Source of the DNA: an uncultured Chloroflexia bacterium
Lineage (GTDB): Bacteria; Chloroflexota; Anaerolineae; CG2-30-64-16
NCBI GenBank assembly: GCA_963774265.1
Contig: CAVZDU010000008.1
Location: forward strand, 128,001-192,000
DNA length: 64,000 nt
Direction: 5' to 3'
Below the pieces are notes generated by a model that worked only from the letters and a program-made list of their open reading frames with translations, had not been told where the DNA came from and ran no database searches. The stretch's first letter is position 1. Every line of letters starts with the position of its first letter. The translations under genes and the position numbers were made by a program. Shown one piece after another: positions 27,884-39,700 of this stretch.

Positions 27884-30696
27884 TTGTCCAGCTCCACCCA
27901 ATCTACCGCTGCCGCAAGCGTGCGAAAATCGCCGGCCACGCGTAAATATGCGTCCGGCGCAATGACCTCAGCGGCCGTTCCCGGCGCGGCCCCCTGAATG
28001 CCCACCAGCGCGTGGGCTTGGCCCTTGAGATTCGCCGCACCAGTGGCCTTTGAACCCAGCCGCGCGATCGCCGCCAGTGCTTTGGGAGTCAGATTGGCTG
28101 TCGCATCACCTTTAGTCACCAGCACGACAATGCGTCCTACGGGCACCGTGTCGAGATAGGCGGCGAGCGCATCAGCCTCATATGTATTGGCTGCCGTGTC
28201 GAAGCCGCGCTTGTCCAGCAGTTCGCCGGTCTGCTCGTCGAATACCGCGACGTTGTAGCCCTGCCGCCCGGCCGACGCATCCGTCGTTGTACCGTCTGCT
28301 CCCATTGCTGTCGCGAACGCTTCACTGAAACCGTGCACTTCAAGGTTGACCGGGCTCTGCTCGCCGGTGCTCCCGATCAGCGCGCGGCTCGCCTCATCAG
28401 GGAAAACCTGACGCGGGCTGGCTGACCAGGCAAAGACGAGCCGTATGAGATTCGCCCCTTGCCGCGTGGCCGCCGCGGGCACACGGACTTCGATGGTCTG
28501 CCATCCTGGAGCCAAGTTGTGTCCGCGCAATACCGGCCCGTCGTTGAACGCGACGGACATCGTTTGCCTTGCATCGTCATATGTCAGCGGCGCCACCGCA
28601 AGCCGCAGCGTTATGTCTTGTGGCGCGTCAAGTGGAAGATACAGCTCCGCGATCTTATCAATGGCCCAATTCGCCGTGGCACTGTAAGGCTGCTCGCCAG
28701 TGCGCGCATCCCACCCTTCCCCAAGGTAAGGCTCATTGCCCGGCGTGCCCAGATCCAGATGGAAAGGGAGAGCCACAGACGGCTGCACCACGCGATACAC
28801 CCGGTATCCGTCCGCTTCCCAGACCGGTTGCTCTTCAAGCGGCAGCACGTCCAACGCGTACCGTTCGGTGCGCTGCCAGGTGTCCTGGTAGGGATACCGG
28901 CCCGGTATCGGCGGCGTAGACACAACATAGCGCACGTTGTAGAGGGTCATCAGGTCGCCCGCCTGGGCCCGCGCCGCCGCATCCACCTCCGGCAGCACAT
29001 CCCGATACATCTCCAGGTCCGTGATCGCCTTGAAAAGGGGAATACGACGGAAGTATTCCATTTTCAAAGCAGGAGCGCGGCTGATGTTGCCGCCGATCAT
29101 GCGCTTGCCGTGTGCGGTCTGGAAGTACTGGAGGTTCGTCTGCTCGCTGCCCAACACTCCGAAGCTATTTCGCCATCCCAGCGGCAACTGCATGATCGCA
29201 AAATCGCCTTCTTCCTCGCGCGATATTGCGATACACGAGGGGAATGCGCGCATCGGTCATTGGCAGCGGCACGGCCAGGTGCTCCAGGATGATCAGACCG
29301 ACCAAGAAGACCGAAATTGCCACAGAAGGCACAGAGATCGCAGAGGTGAGATTTTCTCGTCCTCCTCCGGGTTCTCGGTGGCTAGTGGTCATTCTCGCCA
29401 GAAGCCACGCGACACTGTAGGCGGCGAGCATCGCCAGCGCCAGCATCAGGAGCACACTAAAGCGGTTGGGGGCTCGGTTGGCGCTCACGAACGGGATGAA
29501 GTGCAGAAGGGTGAACGGCAGCGGGAAGGTCACGCCCTCCGGAAGCAAACGGTCAGCGCTAAAGCGGTAGCGCCCGTTGATCTGGAGGAGTGGACCAAGA
29601 ACAAGGAGGCCAAAAACCAGGGCCGACCAGGATCCATGGGACCATCCGTCTCCGGGCCAGGAATGCACCGACCAGGGCGAGCGCCAACGTGGCCCAGCCA
29701 ACGAACACGGTATTGATGTCGCTGAAGCGGCCTTCGCCTTTTTCCACGGCACGCAGTGCAGCCTGCCAGCCCTGACCGCTGGCCTCGTTGCCCCCCAGCA
29801 GCGGGTTCAAATTTGTCGGGGTGACAAGACCAACTGCGTCCGCGCTCGAGCTTGATGCTCTCGCCCCAGCCTTCCAAGGCGTAATCACCGCCTATGAACT
29901 CACGAGCGATGGGGACCAAAACCGGCGACCAGATCGTGACGGCGATCAATGCCGCCAATCCCACCATCGCCAATGCTCGCCTTCGATGGCGCAGCCCGCG
30001 CCAGGACGCGAGCAGCAAGACCAGCGATAGCAGCGCGAGGAACGAAGCGAGGCTCATCTCCGCGAGCGCGGCGAAGGCGAAGAAAAGCCCGGCAAGCACC
30101 GCGTGCTTTAGCTTCGGCCGGTGAACGGCCCGCAAGAAATAAAGCGCATAGAATGGCAGCCATTGGGTCGAAACCAGATCGTAATGACCGAGCGCCGCAT
30201 AGATGGCCCTGTTGGACGCAAACGCGTAGATCAAACCCGCTATCAGTGCGGCCAACTGCAGGTGATTCGTGCCAGTGCCAGCGTGCGCACGGCGCAGCAC
30301 ATCCAGCGCCAGAAGATATGCACCCAGCCCACTCAACGCGGTCGCCAGAAGCACTGTGATATTGCTGGCCACAACCGCGTTGAAGGCCAGCAACAGCGGC
30401 ATACCCGCCAGCGCGTTGAAGAGGTTGTAGGTGTGGAGGACCAGGTCGATCCCGAGGGGATGCCAGATCAGATCACTATGAAGGGGGCTGCTGTGCAAAT
30501 CGAGCAGCGCGTGCTTGAAGTACCAGATGTTCCAGACAAACGTCGATTCATCGAACGCCCACGTGGCTGTGCCCGGTAGCATCGTACTAAGATGGGCTAC
30601 CACGGGCCAGGTCAGGGCCAGGGTCAGCACGACAAAAAGCACAAGCACGCGCCACGTGACGCGCATCGAGGGGGTGCGCTTTGTCTGCGCTATCAT
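27880..30696 (-). CDS. Multi-TM GT-C-like protein with C-terminal ILEI (FAM3/PANDER, GG-type lectin) domain, frameshifted
   Basis: [22 protein letters not shown] and [15 protein letters not shown]; C-terminus [40 protein letters not shown]. Shifts near 29845, 29625 and 29235. ATGA overlap with the epimerase stop. Confidence 0.75.
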
Positions 30697-31673
30697 ACCG
30701 CGAGAAGGGCCTGCCATTGGCGTTCCAACCCTGCCGTCAGGTTGATCTCCGGATGGAAACCTAGCGTTGAGGCGGCGAGCCGGGTGTCAGCCCACGTATC
30801 ACGCACATCGCCGGGCTGCGCCGGCAAGCGCCGCACGGAAAGATTTCCACCGGCGAGAGCCGCAATGCCGGCGATGACCTCATTAACCGAGGCGCGCGTG
30901 CCGCCGGCAACGTTAACCACCTGAACGGCCGTGTCGCGCGCCAGACATCTCTCGCCCGCCAGCAGGAAAGCCCGAACGACATCCGCAACGTAGGTAAAAT
31001 CCCGGGTTTGTGCACCGTCACCGTAGAGGTCGATCTCTTGCCCGGCGGCAGCCGCCTTCAAAAAACGCCGAAACGCCATATCCGGGCGTTGTCGCGGGCC
31101 ATAAACCGTGAACAGCCGCAGGGACAGCGTCGGGAGGCCGTAAACATCATTGTAGAGCCGGCAAAGATACTCTGCAGCCAGCTTGGTGACGCCATAGGGA
31201 CTGATCGGCGCCGGCGCCGCGGACTCTTTCAGCGGCATCTCTGGCCGATTGCCGTAAACCGACGATGACGAAGCGTACACGACCGGAATCTTGCCTGCGG
31301 CACCACTTGCCTCTAGAAGCCGCTGAGTCGCCAGGATATTGTTGCGCACGTATACTTCGAACTGGCTCCCCCAGCTACCGCGGACGCCCGGCTGCCCGGC
31401 CATGTGATAGATCAGATCCACCCCATCCAATAGTCGCGAAAGATCCACATCAACGAGGTCAGCTTCAACCAGCCGGAAACCCGGGTGTGCCAGCGACACG
31501 CTCAGGTTGCTCTCCTTGACAGCGCGTCCGTAATAGTCGGTAAAGCAATCGACCCCAATCACTTGACGCCCGCGTGCCAGCAGCGCTTCACTCAGGTGTG
31601 AGCCGATAAAACCCGCAGCCCCGGTCACGACGACAGGACGCTCAGCGCTGTTAGCGACAGCCGGTTGATTCAT
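30693..31673 (-). CDS. NAD-dependent NDP-sugar epimerase/dehydratase (UDP-glucuronate/UDP-glucose 4-epimerase-like)
   Basis: VTGAAGFIGSH, AGQPGVR, ASSSSVYG, SPYGVTK, FTVYGPRQRPDMA, RDFTYV and QPGDV. Confidence 0.93.
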   Translation of the reverse strand: MNQPAVANSAERPVVVTGAAGFIGSHLSEALLARGRQVIGVDCFTDYYGRAVKESNLSVSLAHPGFRLVEADLVDVDLSRLLDGVDLIYHMAGQPGVRGSWGSQFEVYVRNNILATQRLLEASGAAGKIPVVYASSSSVYGNRPEMPLKESAAPAPISPYGVTKLAAEYLCRLYNDVYGLPTLSLRLFTVYGPRQRPDMAFRRFLKAAAAGQEIDLYGDGAQTRDFTYVADVVRAFLLAGERCLARDTAVQVVNVAGGTRASVNEVIAGIAALAGGNLSVRRLPAQPGDVRDTWADTRLAASTLGFHPEINLTAGLERQWQALLAV

Positions 31674-32693
31674 TACGCCCCCACTCGTCTTGCAGACTCC
31701 GCCACCATGTTCGCCGCCTCGACCACCACCCCAGACGCAGGCGCCGGCGCATCGAGCTGCTCACGGATCACGTAAATCGGCTTGTCCTGCGCTTCATGAT
31801 AGGTTCGGCGTGATCATCTCCGCCAGCAGGCCCATGCTCATCAATTGTACGCCGAGGACCACCAGCAGGACCGCCAAGAATAACAGAGGCCGCGTGCCGA
31901 TGTCCTGGCCAAACGCGAATTTGACGACGGTGAGATAAAGGCCGATCAGAAATCCGGCGCCGGCGGAAGCCAGTCCCAACCCACCGAAAACGTGGAGCGG
32001 CCGCGTCGAATAGCTCAGCATAAAGCGCACAGTGATCAGATCAAGGAACACTCGGAAAGTGCGGCTGATGCCGTATTTGCTCCTGCCGAACCGGCGCTTG
32101 CGATCGTTGACCGGCACCTCGGCAACCTTGACGCCCATCCAACTGGCAAGGGCGGGAATGAAGCGATGCAATTCGCCGTACAGCCGGATGTTCTTAACGA
32201 CCTCGCTCCGGTAAGCCTTGAGCGAGCAGCCATAGTCGTGTAAAACTACGCCCGTTGTGTCCGAGATCATCCGGTTCGCCATCATCGACGGAAGGCGGCG
32301 GCTGAGGAATGGCTCTTTGCGATTCGTCCGCCAACCGCTGACAATATCGTACCCTTCATCCAGCCTGACCAGCAAGCGTCCGATATCGCCAGGATCGTTT
32401 TGCAAGTCAGCATCCGAAGTGACTACAACCTCCCCGCGTGCGGCCGCAAAACCGGCTGCAAAGCCAGCCGCCTGGCCAAAGTTGCGCCGAAACCGAATGA
32501 TACGCCAGCGGGAATCACGCTGATGAATCTCGCGCAATCGGGCGAAGCTATCGTCTGTGCTGCCATCATCCACGACGATAACCTCGTACGACCGACCAAC
32601 CTGATCGAGCGCGGCGGAGAGCTCGCTATACAGCGGCTCAACATTCTCGGCTTCATTGTAGAGTGGGATGACAACAGAGAGGAGTGGTGTCAT
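31673..32693 (-). CDS. GT2 polyprenol-phosphate glycosyltransferase (DPM/ArnC/GtrB-like), frameshift near 31808
   Basis: SVVIPLYNE, VDDGSTD, RNFGQ, DADLQNDP, DYGCSLKAYR, GELHRFIP and two C-terminal TMs. The alternative frame YHEAQDKPIYVIRE ends in a TAATG overlap. Confidence 0.92.
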
Positions 32694-32694
32694 G

Positions 32695-33705
32695 TTATGT
32701 CTTTCGACGGGCCCGGCGCAGCCCTTGGCCAAGGTATAGCACCCCGCCGAGCAGCCCCGTGGCCACCGTGATTGCATAAATGCTCAGCGAAAACGCCAGC
32801 GCGGTCGCCTGCGGTACGCCGGCGCTTCCCAGGAGCGCGACATACGACAGCTCACGCACTCCCAGGCCGCCGAATGCGGGCAGCAGCAACGCGGCTGACG
32901 TTAATGGCACGATCACAAAGTAGAGCGCAATCGGCAGCCGCAGGCCCAGGCCAACGCCAATCATCACGTTCCAGAAGATCTGCAACAGGTTGAAGACGAT
33001 GGACACGAGGAATGCCCGCACAATCGCCCCCAGGCTATAGCTGGATAGGCCGGCTGCCACATCTGGCAGCCGCGCTAATTGCAGCAGCCGTGTCGCGAAA
33101 CCGCCGCGTTGCGCCCAATTGCGCCACCAGGGACGGGTCAATAACCAGGCAACAAAGATGCCGCCGGCCAGTAGCAAACCAATCAGCCCGAGTATGGGAC
33201 CTGGCGCCAGGTCCGGTCGGAACGCGCCAGCAACGAGGCCCATCGCCAACAACGCCATCAAACCCAGATAACGGTCGACGACGACGCTGTTCAGGATAAC
33301 GCCGATTCGCTGCGTATCCTGTGACAGTTCCACCACGCGCACCGCATCACCGCCGAAACCAGTCGGCAGCAAGACGTTGAAGAAACCGCCCACGAAATAC
33401 CACAGCACCAAGTCACGAAGCGGCCGGTGCACATTGAGCGACAGCAACAACACTTGCCACCGTATGGCTCGGACAATGACACCTATCAGGAATAGAGCCC
33501 ACGCCGCGACCAACCAGGGCAGACTGATCTGAGCCAGCGAGGTCCGCAGGTCGCCCCACTCCACTTGACGGAATGCAACGACCAGCAGGATGATGCTGAT
33601 GCCCACCTGCAGAATGCCGCGTAGGTGCCTGGTCGAAGATCGTTTCTGCTTCAAGTGTGGCGGAACTCCGGACCCGAGTATACCGTATTTGGCGACGTTT
33701 GCCAA
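32695..33705 (-). CDS. Flippase-like protein (lysylphosphatidylglycerol-synthase TM/UPF0104/AglD2-like)
   Basis: RAIRWQVLL, FFNVLLPTGFGGDAVR, SVVVDRYLG and GGLGVRE; ~8 TMs; start uncertain. Confidence 0.88.
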   Translation of the reverse strand: MANVAKYGILGSGVPPHLKQKRSSTRHLRGILQVGISIILLVVAFRQVEWGDLRTSLAQISLPWLVAAWALFLIGVIVRAIRWQVLLLSLNVHRPLRDLVLWYFVGGFFNVLLPTGFGGDAVRVVELSQDTQRIGVILNSVVVDRYLGLMALLAMGLVAGAFRPDLAPGPILGLIGLLLAGGIFVAWLLTRPWWRNWAQRGGFATRLLQLARLPDVAAGLSSYSLGAIVRAFLVSIVFNLLQIFWNVMIGVGLGLRLPIALYFVIVPLTSAALLLPAFGGLGVRELSYVALLGSAGVPQATALAFSLSIYAITVATGLLGGVLYLGQGLRRARRKT

Positions 33706-33845
33706 TTAACCGCCCGCACCGACCGCGCCGGATGTGGCGCCTGCTGATCTCTGAACCTCTTATGTTATAATCGGTCCCTGCTGATCTGTTTCACGTCGAT
33801 CCTCTGTACGATGCTCACAAACCACTCATCATTGATGGAGGTGCG

Positions 33846-36695
33846 GTGAGTGCTTCTTCTGACCCGTCGCGGCCACCCACAGATCGCTGGGCGCGCCAAG
33901 ACTGGATCATCCTGCTGGTCCTGGTGCTGCTGGCTGCCGGCCTGCGCTTCTATGGGCTCGGCGTTGTTCCGCCAGGCTTTCAGTTTGACGAGGCTTACAA
34001 CGCCTCAGATGCAGCCAACGTGTTGGCTGGTGATAGACCATTATTCCTGCCTCGCAATGGCGGTCGTGAAGTCGTTTACACCTACCTACAGGCCGCCGTA
34101 GCGTCGGTGCTGGGACTGAGCCTGTACAACCTACGCATGGTTTCTGCGCTCGCCGGGATCGCCGCTGTGGCCGCGACCTATGTGCTGTTGCGCAGCCTGC
34201 TGCGAAATACTGCCCAGCAAAACAGCCGCCGTGTCGCGGCGTTCACCAGCCTGGCCTTGGCGATCAGCTTCTGGCACCTCCACTTCAGCCATTACGGCAT
34301 CCGAGTCATCTTGATGCCGGTCCTCTTCAGCGGCGTCTGCGGTTTCTTCTGGCTTGGGTGGCGCAAGGGAAGCCTTTGGGCCTTCGCGCTCAGCGGCGTC
34401 CTGGCCGGCCTCAGCGTCTGGGCCAATCCCACGGGGCGGCTGATTCCTTTCGTCCTCATCGGATACAGCCTGTGGCAACTATGGGTTGCCGGCCGGCGGG
34501 CTGTTGTGAGGCGACTGCCCGGTCTCGTCTTGACGGCTCTCGCAGCGTTCCTGGTTTTCCTCCCACTGGGTCTGGAGTTTCTTCGCCACCCGGACTTCTT
34601 CCTGGGTCATGCCAGTGAGGTGTCTGTCTTTGCGGATCGCGTGGGCGCCGACGCGCCAATCCTGGCACTGCTCCAGCATGGGATGGCGGTGCTGGGCATG
34701 TTCAGTATCCAGGGAGATCGCGCGTGGATTCACAACCTGTCTGGCCGCCCGGTCTTCGATCCACTGCTTTCGATCCCATTCTGGCTGGGTGTCGTCATTT
34801 GGGTTCGGCGGCTGTTTCGTCGCGATGATGGCGATCGCGACGCGCTCGCGCTGCTGGCCATGTGGGCGCTTGTGATGCTGACGCCATCGGTGTTCAGCGA
34901 CGACCCTCCCAACTTCTCGCGAACTCTGCCCGCCCTGCCCGCGCTTTTCCTGGCCGTTGGACTGGGACTGACATGGATCGCGGATAGCGTGTCGAACGTT
35001 GTGGGCGGTCGACTGCCCGCGCTGCCAAAGGCGCTCCGCGATCGACATGCCGCAATCGGCCACGGATTGGTTGCAGTAATCTTGCTGGTTAGCGGGGGAC
35101 TCGCGTTTTACGACTACTTTGTGCGCTTTGCGAATGAGCCAGAAGTGTACTATGCCTATGATGCGGACAAACTGGATGCCTGGGATCAGTTGCAGGACCT
35201 TGCCGAGACAGGACAAGTCTATCTTTCAAAGCTGTGGGCCGATCACGCCACTGTGGAGTTCCTCCGGCCTGGCAGCAACATCAAGCCGCTGGACACGAGC
35301 AACACGGTCGTGCTGCCGGCGCCCGGCAGCGATGCGATCTATGCCTTGCCACCCGAGCAAGGCCAGCGTGCGGCCGGACTGGCCAGCCTGTGGTCCGATG
35401 CCTCGCGGCAGCAGATCCTTGACCGATTTGGCAAACCGCTTTTAGAAGTTGTCCGCGTGGATGCTGCCTCACTGCGTGAGCTGCCCCCAACTCTTTCACC
35501 CCAGCGTAAACTGGAGGTGGCATTTACGGACGGACCCACCCTGCTCGGCATGCAGGATGTCAACGGGCAACTCACGTTGTTCTGGCGCGCCGACTCCCCG
35601 ATGCCCCGGAGCCTGACGACTCTCCTGCACTTGGTAGATTCCGGTGGACGGCGTGTGGGCCAGGCTGACCGGATTCCTGGGGATGGCAGCTACCCGACCA
35701 CATCCTGGAACGTTGGCGAGCGAGTCATCGAGCGTTTCTTCCCGGATGTCGAGCCTTGCCTGGACGACCAACCCGTGCGAGTCCTCGTAGGCTGGTATGA
35801 CCTGGCGGCAGGCGGTGCTCGCCTCCCCCGCGTGGATGGCGGGGGCGATACGGCCCTCGCGGGCGAGGTTCACATCCCGCTGAACTCGCGCCCGATGACC
35901 GAAACACGATCCATGGAGGCCCTCAACCGTCCCCTGGCGAGTGATTTGACTTTGGCCGGTTTTCAATACGACGGGAAGCACCTCCAATCGGGAGCGCCTC
36001 TGGCGCTCGATCTGTATTGGACCGGCGATCCCGCGGCCGGCACCCGCCCGCTTGTGATCAGCCTGCATAACGAAAGCTCAGGGACTGCCGCGGATCTCTG
36101 GCAGGGATCACTGCTTCCTGCCGACGCGCGTTGGCGGCAGGATGAGATCATCTGTCGCCGACTGCGGCTGCGCCTGCCTGCCGACGCGCCGGCAGGGCGC
36201 TACTCGCTTTCCGCCAGCGTTGCCGGGCAGAGCATCGGACTGGGCGAATTGACCCTGAGCCCGTCGACGCGCCGGTTCGACGTCCCGCCTGTCGACAGCC
36301 ACTTGTCGGTCCTCCTGGGTGAGCAGGTGCGTCTGCTCGGTGCGAGTCGCCCGGTACAGACAGCGCCGGGCGAGCCGCTCACGGTGACGCTGGTCTGGCA
36401 AGCCGCTGTGGCGCCACAAGGCGCCTACACAGTTTTCGTGCACCTGGTGGACGACGCCGGAAAGATCGTCGCGCAGTCCGACGCGCCACCGGCCGCAGGA
36501 TACGCCACCGATCGCTGGCTGCCGGGCGAAGTGGTGATCGACAGTCACACGCTCCAATCCCCAGCTTCCGGCCGATACCAGCTATTAGTGGGCATGTATG
36601 ATCCCATTACTGGCCAGCGTCTGCCCGCGCAAGACGAGGCGGGACGATCGATGCCGGAGCAAGCGATCTTGTTGGGAGAGATTGACGTGCGATAG
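33846..36695 (+). CDS. ArnT/PMT-like (GT-C) glycosyltransferase with three C-terminal repeat domains
   Basis: LRFYGLGVVPPGFQFDEAYN, NGGRE, SFWHLHFSHYGIR and HNLSGRPVFDP; C-terminus YTVFVHLVD..AQSD..WLPGE..VGMYDP. Confidence 0.85.
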   Translation: MSASSDPSRPPTDRWARQDWIILLVLVLLAAGLRFYGLGVVPPGFQFDEAYNASDAANVLAGDRPLFLPRNGGREVVYTYLQAAVASVLGLSLYNLRMVSALAGIAAVAATYVLLRSLLRNTAQQNSRRVAAFTSLALAISFWHLHFSHYGIRVILMPVLFSGVCGFFWLGWRKGSLWAFALSGVLAGLSVWANPTGRLIPFVLIGYSLWQLWVAGRRAVVRRLPGLVLTALAAFLVFLPLGLEFLRHPDFFLGHASEVSVFADRVGADAPILALLQHGMAVLGMFSIQGDRAWIHNLSGRPVFDPLLSIPFWLGVVIWVRRLFRRDDGDRDALALLAMWALVMLTPSVFSDDPPNFSRTLPALPALFLAVGLGLTWIADSVSNVVGGRLPALPKALRDRHAAIGHGLVAVILLVSGGLAFYDYFVRFANEPEVYYAYDADKLDAWDQLQDLAETGQVYLSKLWADHATVEFLRPGSNIKPLDTSNTVVLPAPGSDAIYALPPEQGQRAAGLASLWSDASRQQILDRFGKPLLEVVRVDAASLRELPPTLSPQRKLEVAFTDGPTLLGMQDVNGQLTLFWRADSPMPRSLTTLLHLVDSGGRRVGQADRIPGDGSYPTTSWNVGERVIERFFPDVEPCLDDQPVRVLVGWYDLAAGGARLPRVDGGGDTALAGEVHIPLNSRPMTETRSMEALNRPLASDLTLAGFQYDGKHLQSGAPLALDLYWTGDPAAGTRPLVISLHNESSGTAADLWQGSLLPADARWRQDEIICRRLRLRLPADAPAGRYSLSASVAGQSIGLGELTLSPSTRRFDVPPVDSHLSVLLGEQVRLLGASRPVQTAPGEPLTVTLVWQAAVAPQGAYTVFVHLVDDAGKIVAQSDAPPAAGYATDRWLPGEVVIDSHTLQSPASGRYQLLVGMYDPITGQRLPAQDEAGRSMPEQAILLGEIDVR

Positions 36696-36737
36696 TGCGG
36701 CGTTCCGTCATCTATCGAAGCGCACACGTTGCCGATG

Positions 36738-39700
36738 CTAGTCCGATTGGATTGTAATCTCGGTGAGCATCACTCGTGCATCGGGAATTGGATCGCCGTG
36801 GGCATCCTGGGCGGGCAAACGCTGACCACCGGCTGCGGCGTCGTATAGGCCTGTGTACAACCCATAGACACCAGGAGGCGCATCTGCTTTCACCTGCAAC
36901 TGCACCCGGTCAACGACTATCTCTCCAGGCACCCATGACCATGTCGGGTTATTGCCCCCTTGCGGCAGACCGTCGTTTTGCGCTGCCATGCCAGCCGAAG
37001 GACTGTGAAGATGAATGAAGCGGGTATAGTCAATCGGAGTGGGCGTCCGGCTCTGATACGAGAGCGTCAACGTGAAGACGTCGCCAGCCTGCAGCCCTGA
37101 AGCGGGTAATTGCAGACTATATCCATTGAGAGAAACCACATCGCCAAACGTGATAGCTGTCCGGTGCTCAGGCGGAGCAGGTTCTGGACCGATCACCTTC
37201 ACCGGTGGCAGGCGGAAGTGGTCGTTTGATATCTGAGTGGTGGCGTCCTTCGTGGTCAAACGTTCCATGCTGCGAAAGTCATACAGGCCAACGGAAGGCC
37301 AGTATACGCCACTGGTTGCACCGGCAGGAATGCGCAGGAGGTAGGTGTCCGTTTGCAGGTAATACAGATCCCACAGCGCGGGCGGCTTGAACCCAGACCC
37401 TGGAAGATGGTCTTCCCCGACCAGCGGCTGTCCCAGCGAGTCTGATAGATGGATGAAGCCGTGATAGTTTTCATCGATCGGCTCGAGCGCCTGCCAGTAA
37501 AGTTGGTAGACCAGGTGATCGCGCGGTCGCACGACGACCGGTCTCTCGCCCGCCAACGGGACTTGCCGTCCGTTGCGCAGCTGGTCGAAGCCCGCCAGGC
37601 GGATCGTGTCGTCGAAACGAATATCAAGGGAGTTGGCGGGGCCCGCCTGTAGCGGGATGTCTTCCGGCACGGCTATGCTTCCGGCCAAAAGCAGCGGCTT
37701 ATCGAGCTCGGCCTGCGAATCTCCGCCGCGGAACAAGAGCTGGTAGGTGCCTGCGGACAATCCCGGCGGCAGCGGAAGTTGGTAAGCATCCCGGACAAGG
37801 GAGCCAGGCGACCAGTTGCTCGCGAGAGAAGTGTTGAAGTACGGACGTGCCGTCATGTCGGCCCTAACTTGTCCTGAGACATCCACGAGCTGCCAACGCA
37901 CGTGGAAGGTAGGAGATGGACTGGTCGTCACATGCCAGTAAGGGTAGAGATAGAGATGCGTGGGACGCTCCTGCTCTAGCCGATACCCCAACAGGCGAAC
38001 TCCGCCCATCTGCGCGCTCGTGACAACCTGCTGGACTGATTGTACGGGGCGCTGCCACAACGTACCGATGATGCCGATCATTACTAAAGCTAGCGGCAGA
38101 AGTGCAAGCCACCTCCAAACACGCTGGCGCCAGCAGAACCACGCCAGCAGCGCCAGGGCAAGAAGGCTAATCGCATCCGCTCCGCGCTGTAGAGCCGTAC
38201 CTGTCCAGCTCACACGCACTTGGTGGGTTCCCGCCGGCACATCCACGGTGAGAAGCCCCAGGTTGGTGCTTGGATATGGACTCAGCGCCCCTTCTTCGTC
38301 CACGGTGACGCGCCAGCCTGGGAAGTAGAAATCGCCGAAACGAAGAGGGCCGCCCGCTTTGCTCCCCACCGTCATAGTCAGCTCATAGGAGTTGGCGGTT
38401 TCCACGGTCAGCGTCAAATCCGGCGTCGCCTCGATGGCCGCAGGGTCTAGCATTAGAGAACGATCCGCCCAACGCGGCCGAAATTCCTGAACAGCGCTGT
38501 CCCCCTGACCGCCTTCCTCGGCGCCTTTCTCTCGTTCGGCCTGGGCGGCTACTGGCAGTGTAACCTCTGTGTCGGTTGGGCTAAATACGTCCATCCAACT
38601 CAGGTGAGGCGAATTGCCAACCAACACGAGCGTGATGAGAAGTGCGGCAGCACAAGTCTGCCGCCAATCCTGGGGAACCCGCAGCAGACACCCCCCCGCG
38701 AAGAGAGCAAGGGGCAGAGACAGAACCGAGAGCAGTCGCCATGGAAACTGGGCTACCTGTAGCACGCTGCTGCCTAGCCAAATTGGCAAGGCCCACGCGC
38801 CGATCAGCAAGCCGCTGATCAGGGCCACACCGGCGAAGAACAACCATTCTGCGTCCCTTCTACGAGCCAGAAAACAGCCGGCACCGGCGAGGCCTAGCTG
38901 TGTCAACCCCAGCCGGACCGGGCGATCGAAGGAATGGCCGAAAACCAGCCTCCTATCGAGGAAATTGTGCCAGGTCCAAACGGCATTCGGCAGCCAGATT
39001 TCCCGTGAAATTTCGTAAGCGGCTGAAGAGAGATAGCGTCGCTCCCCGATCAGGGGCAGCCAGAAGAAGGCGCTAATGCCCATCGCGAAGAAAATACCCA
39101 GCCCGACCCATCTCAAAGAAACCGGGCTGCGCTGACCCTGCCACCAGTGGAGCACCAGATAACCCACCAGAACGGGAGGCGCAAATAGCAAGGTGATATT
39201 ATGAGTGACTGCCAATCCGCCCAGGGTCAACACAAAGGGTAGGAAGTAGCGGACCGGTTGCCGGCTGTGGAGGAGGCGCCGGGCGCTCCACAAGAGCCAG
39301 GGCAGGATCGCCTGAGCACCCGCCTCCGCGATGGCTCCGCGGATGTAGATGTTGGTAAGCAAGTATGGAGCGTAGGCATAGGCCGTGGCTGCCGTCAAAC
39401 GGGCCCACGGATGATTCTCTCCGAAAACATCAGATGCGAGGAAATACATCCCGTATCCTGCCAGGAGAACCAGTGACGCCATACCGACGATGAATGCCGT
39501 ATAGTAGCTGAGGCCGAGGAGGTGCAATGCCTCGACGAGGTAGTAGGTAAGGGGGGCGTAGAAATTGAAGACCGGATAGCCATGGCCAAGCATTAGCTCG
39601 GGCGCCCAGCGAGGGAAAAGGGTGCCATCCCGCAAATGATAATCCAGCACGCCGATCCGTAACAGGTGCAACTGCCCATCGAAGGATCTGGGCAGACCCT

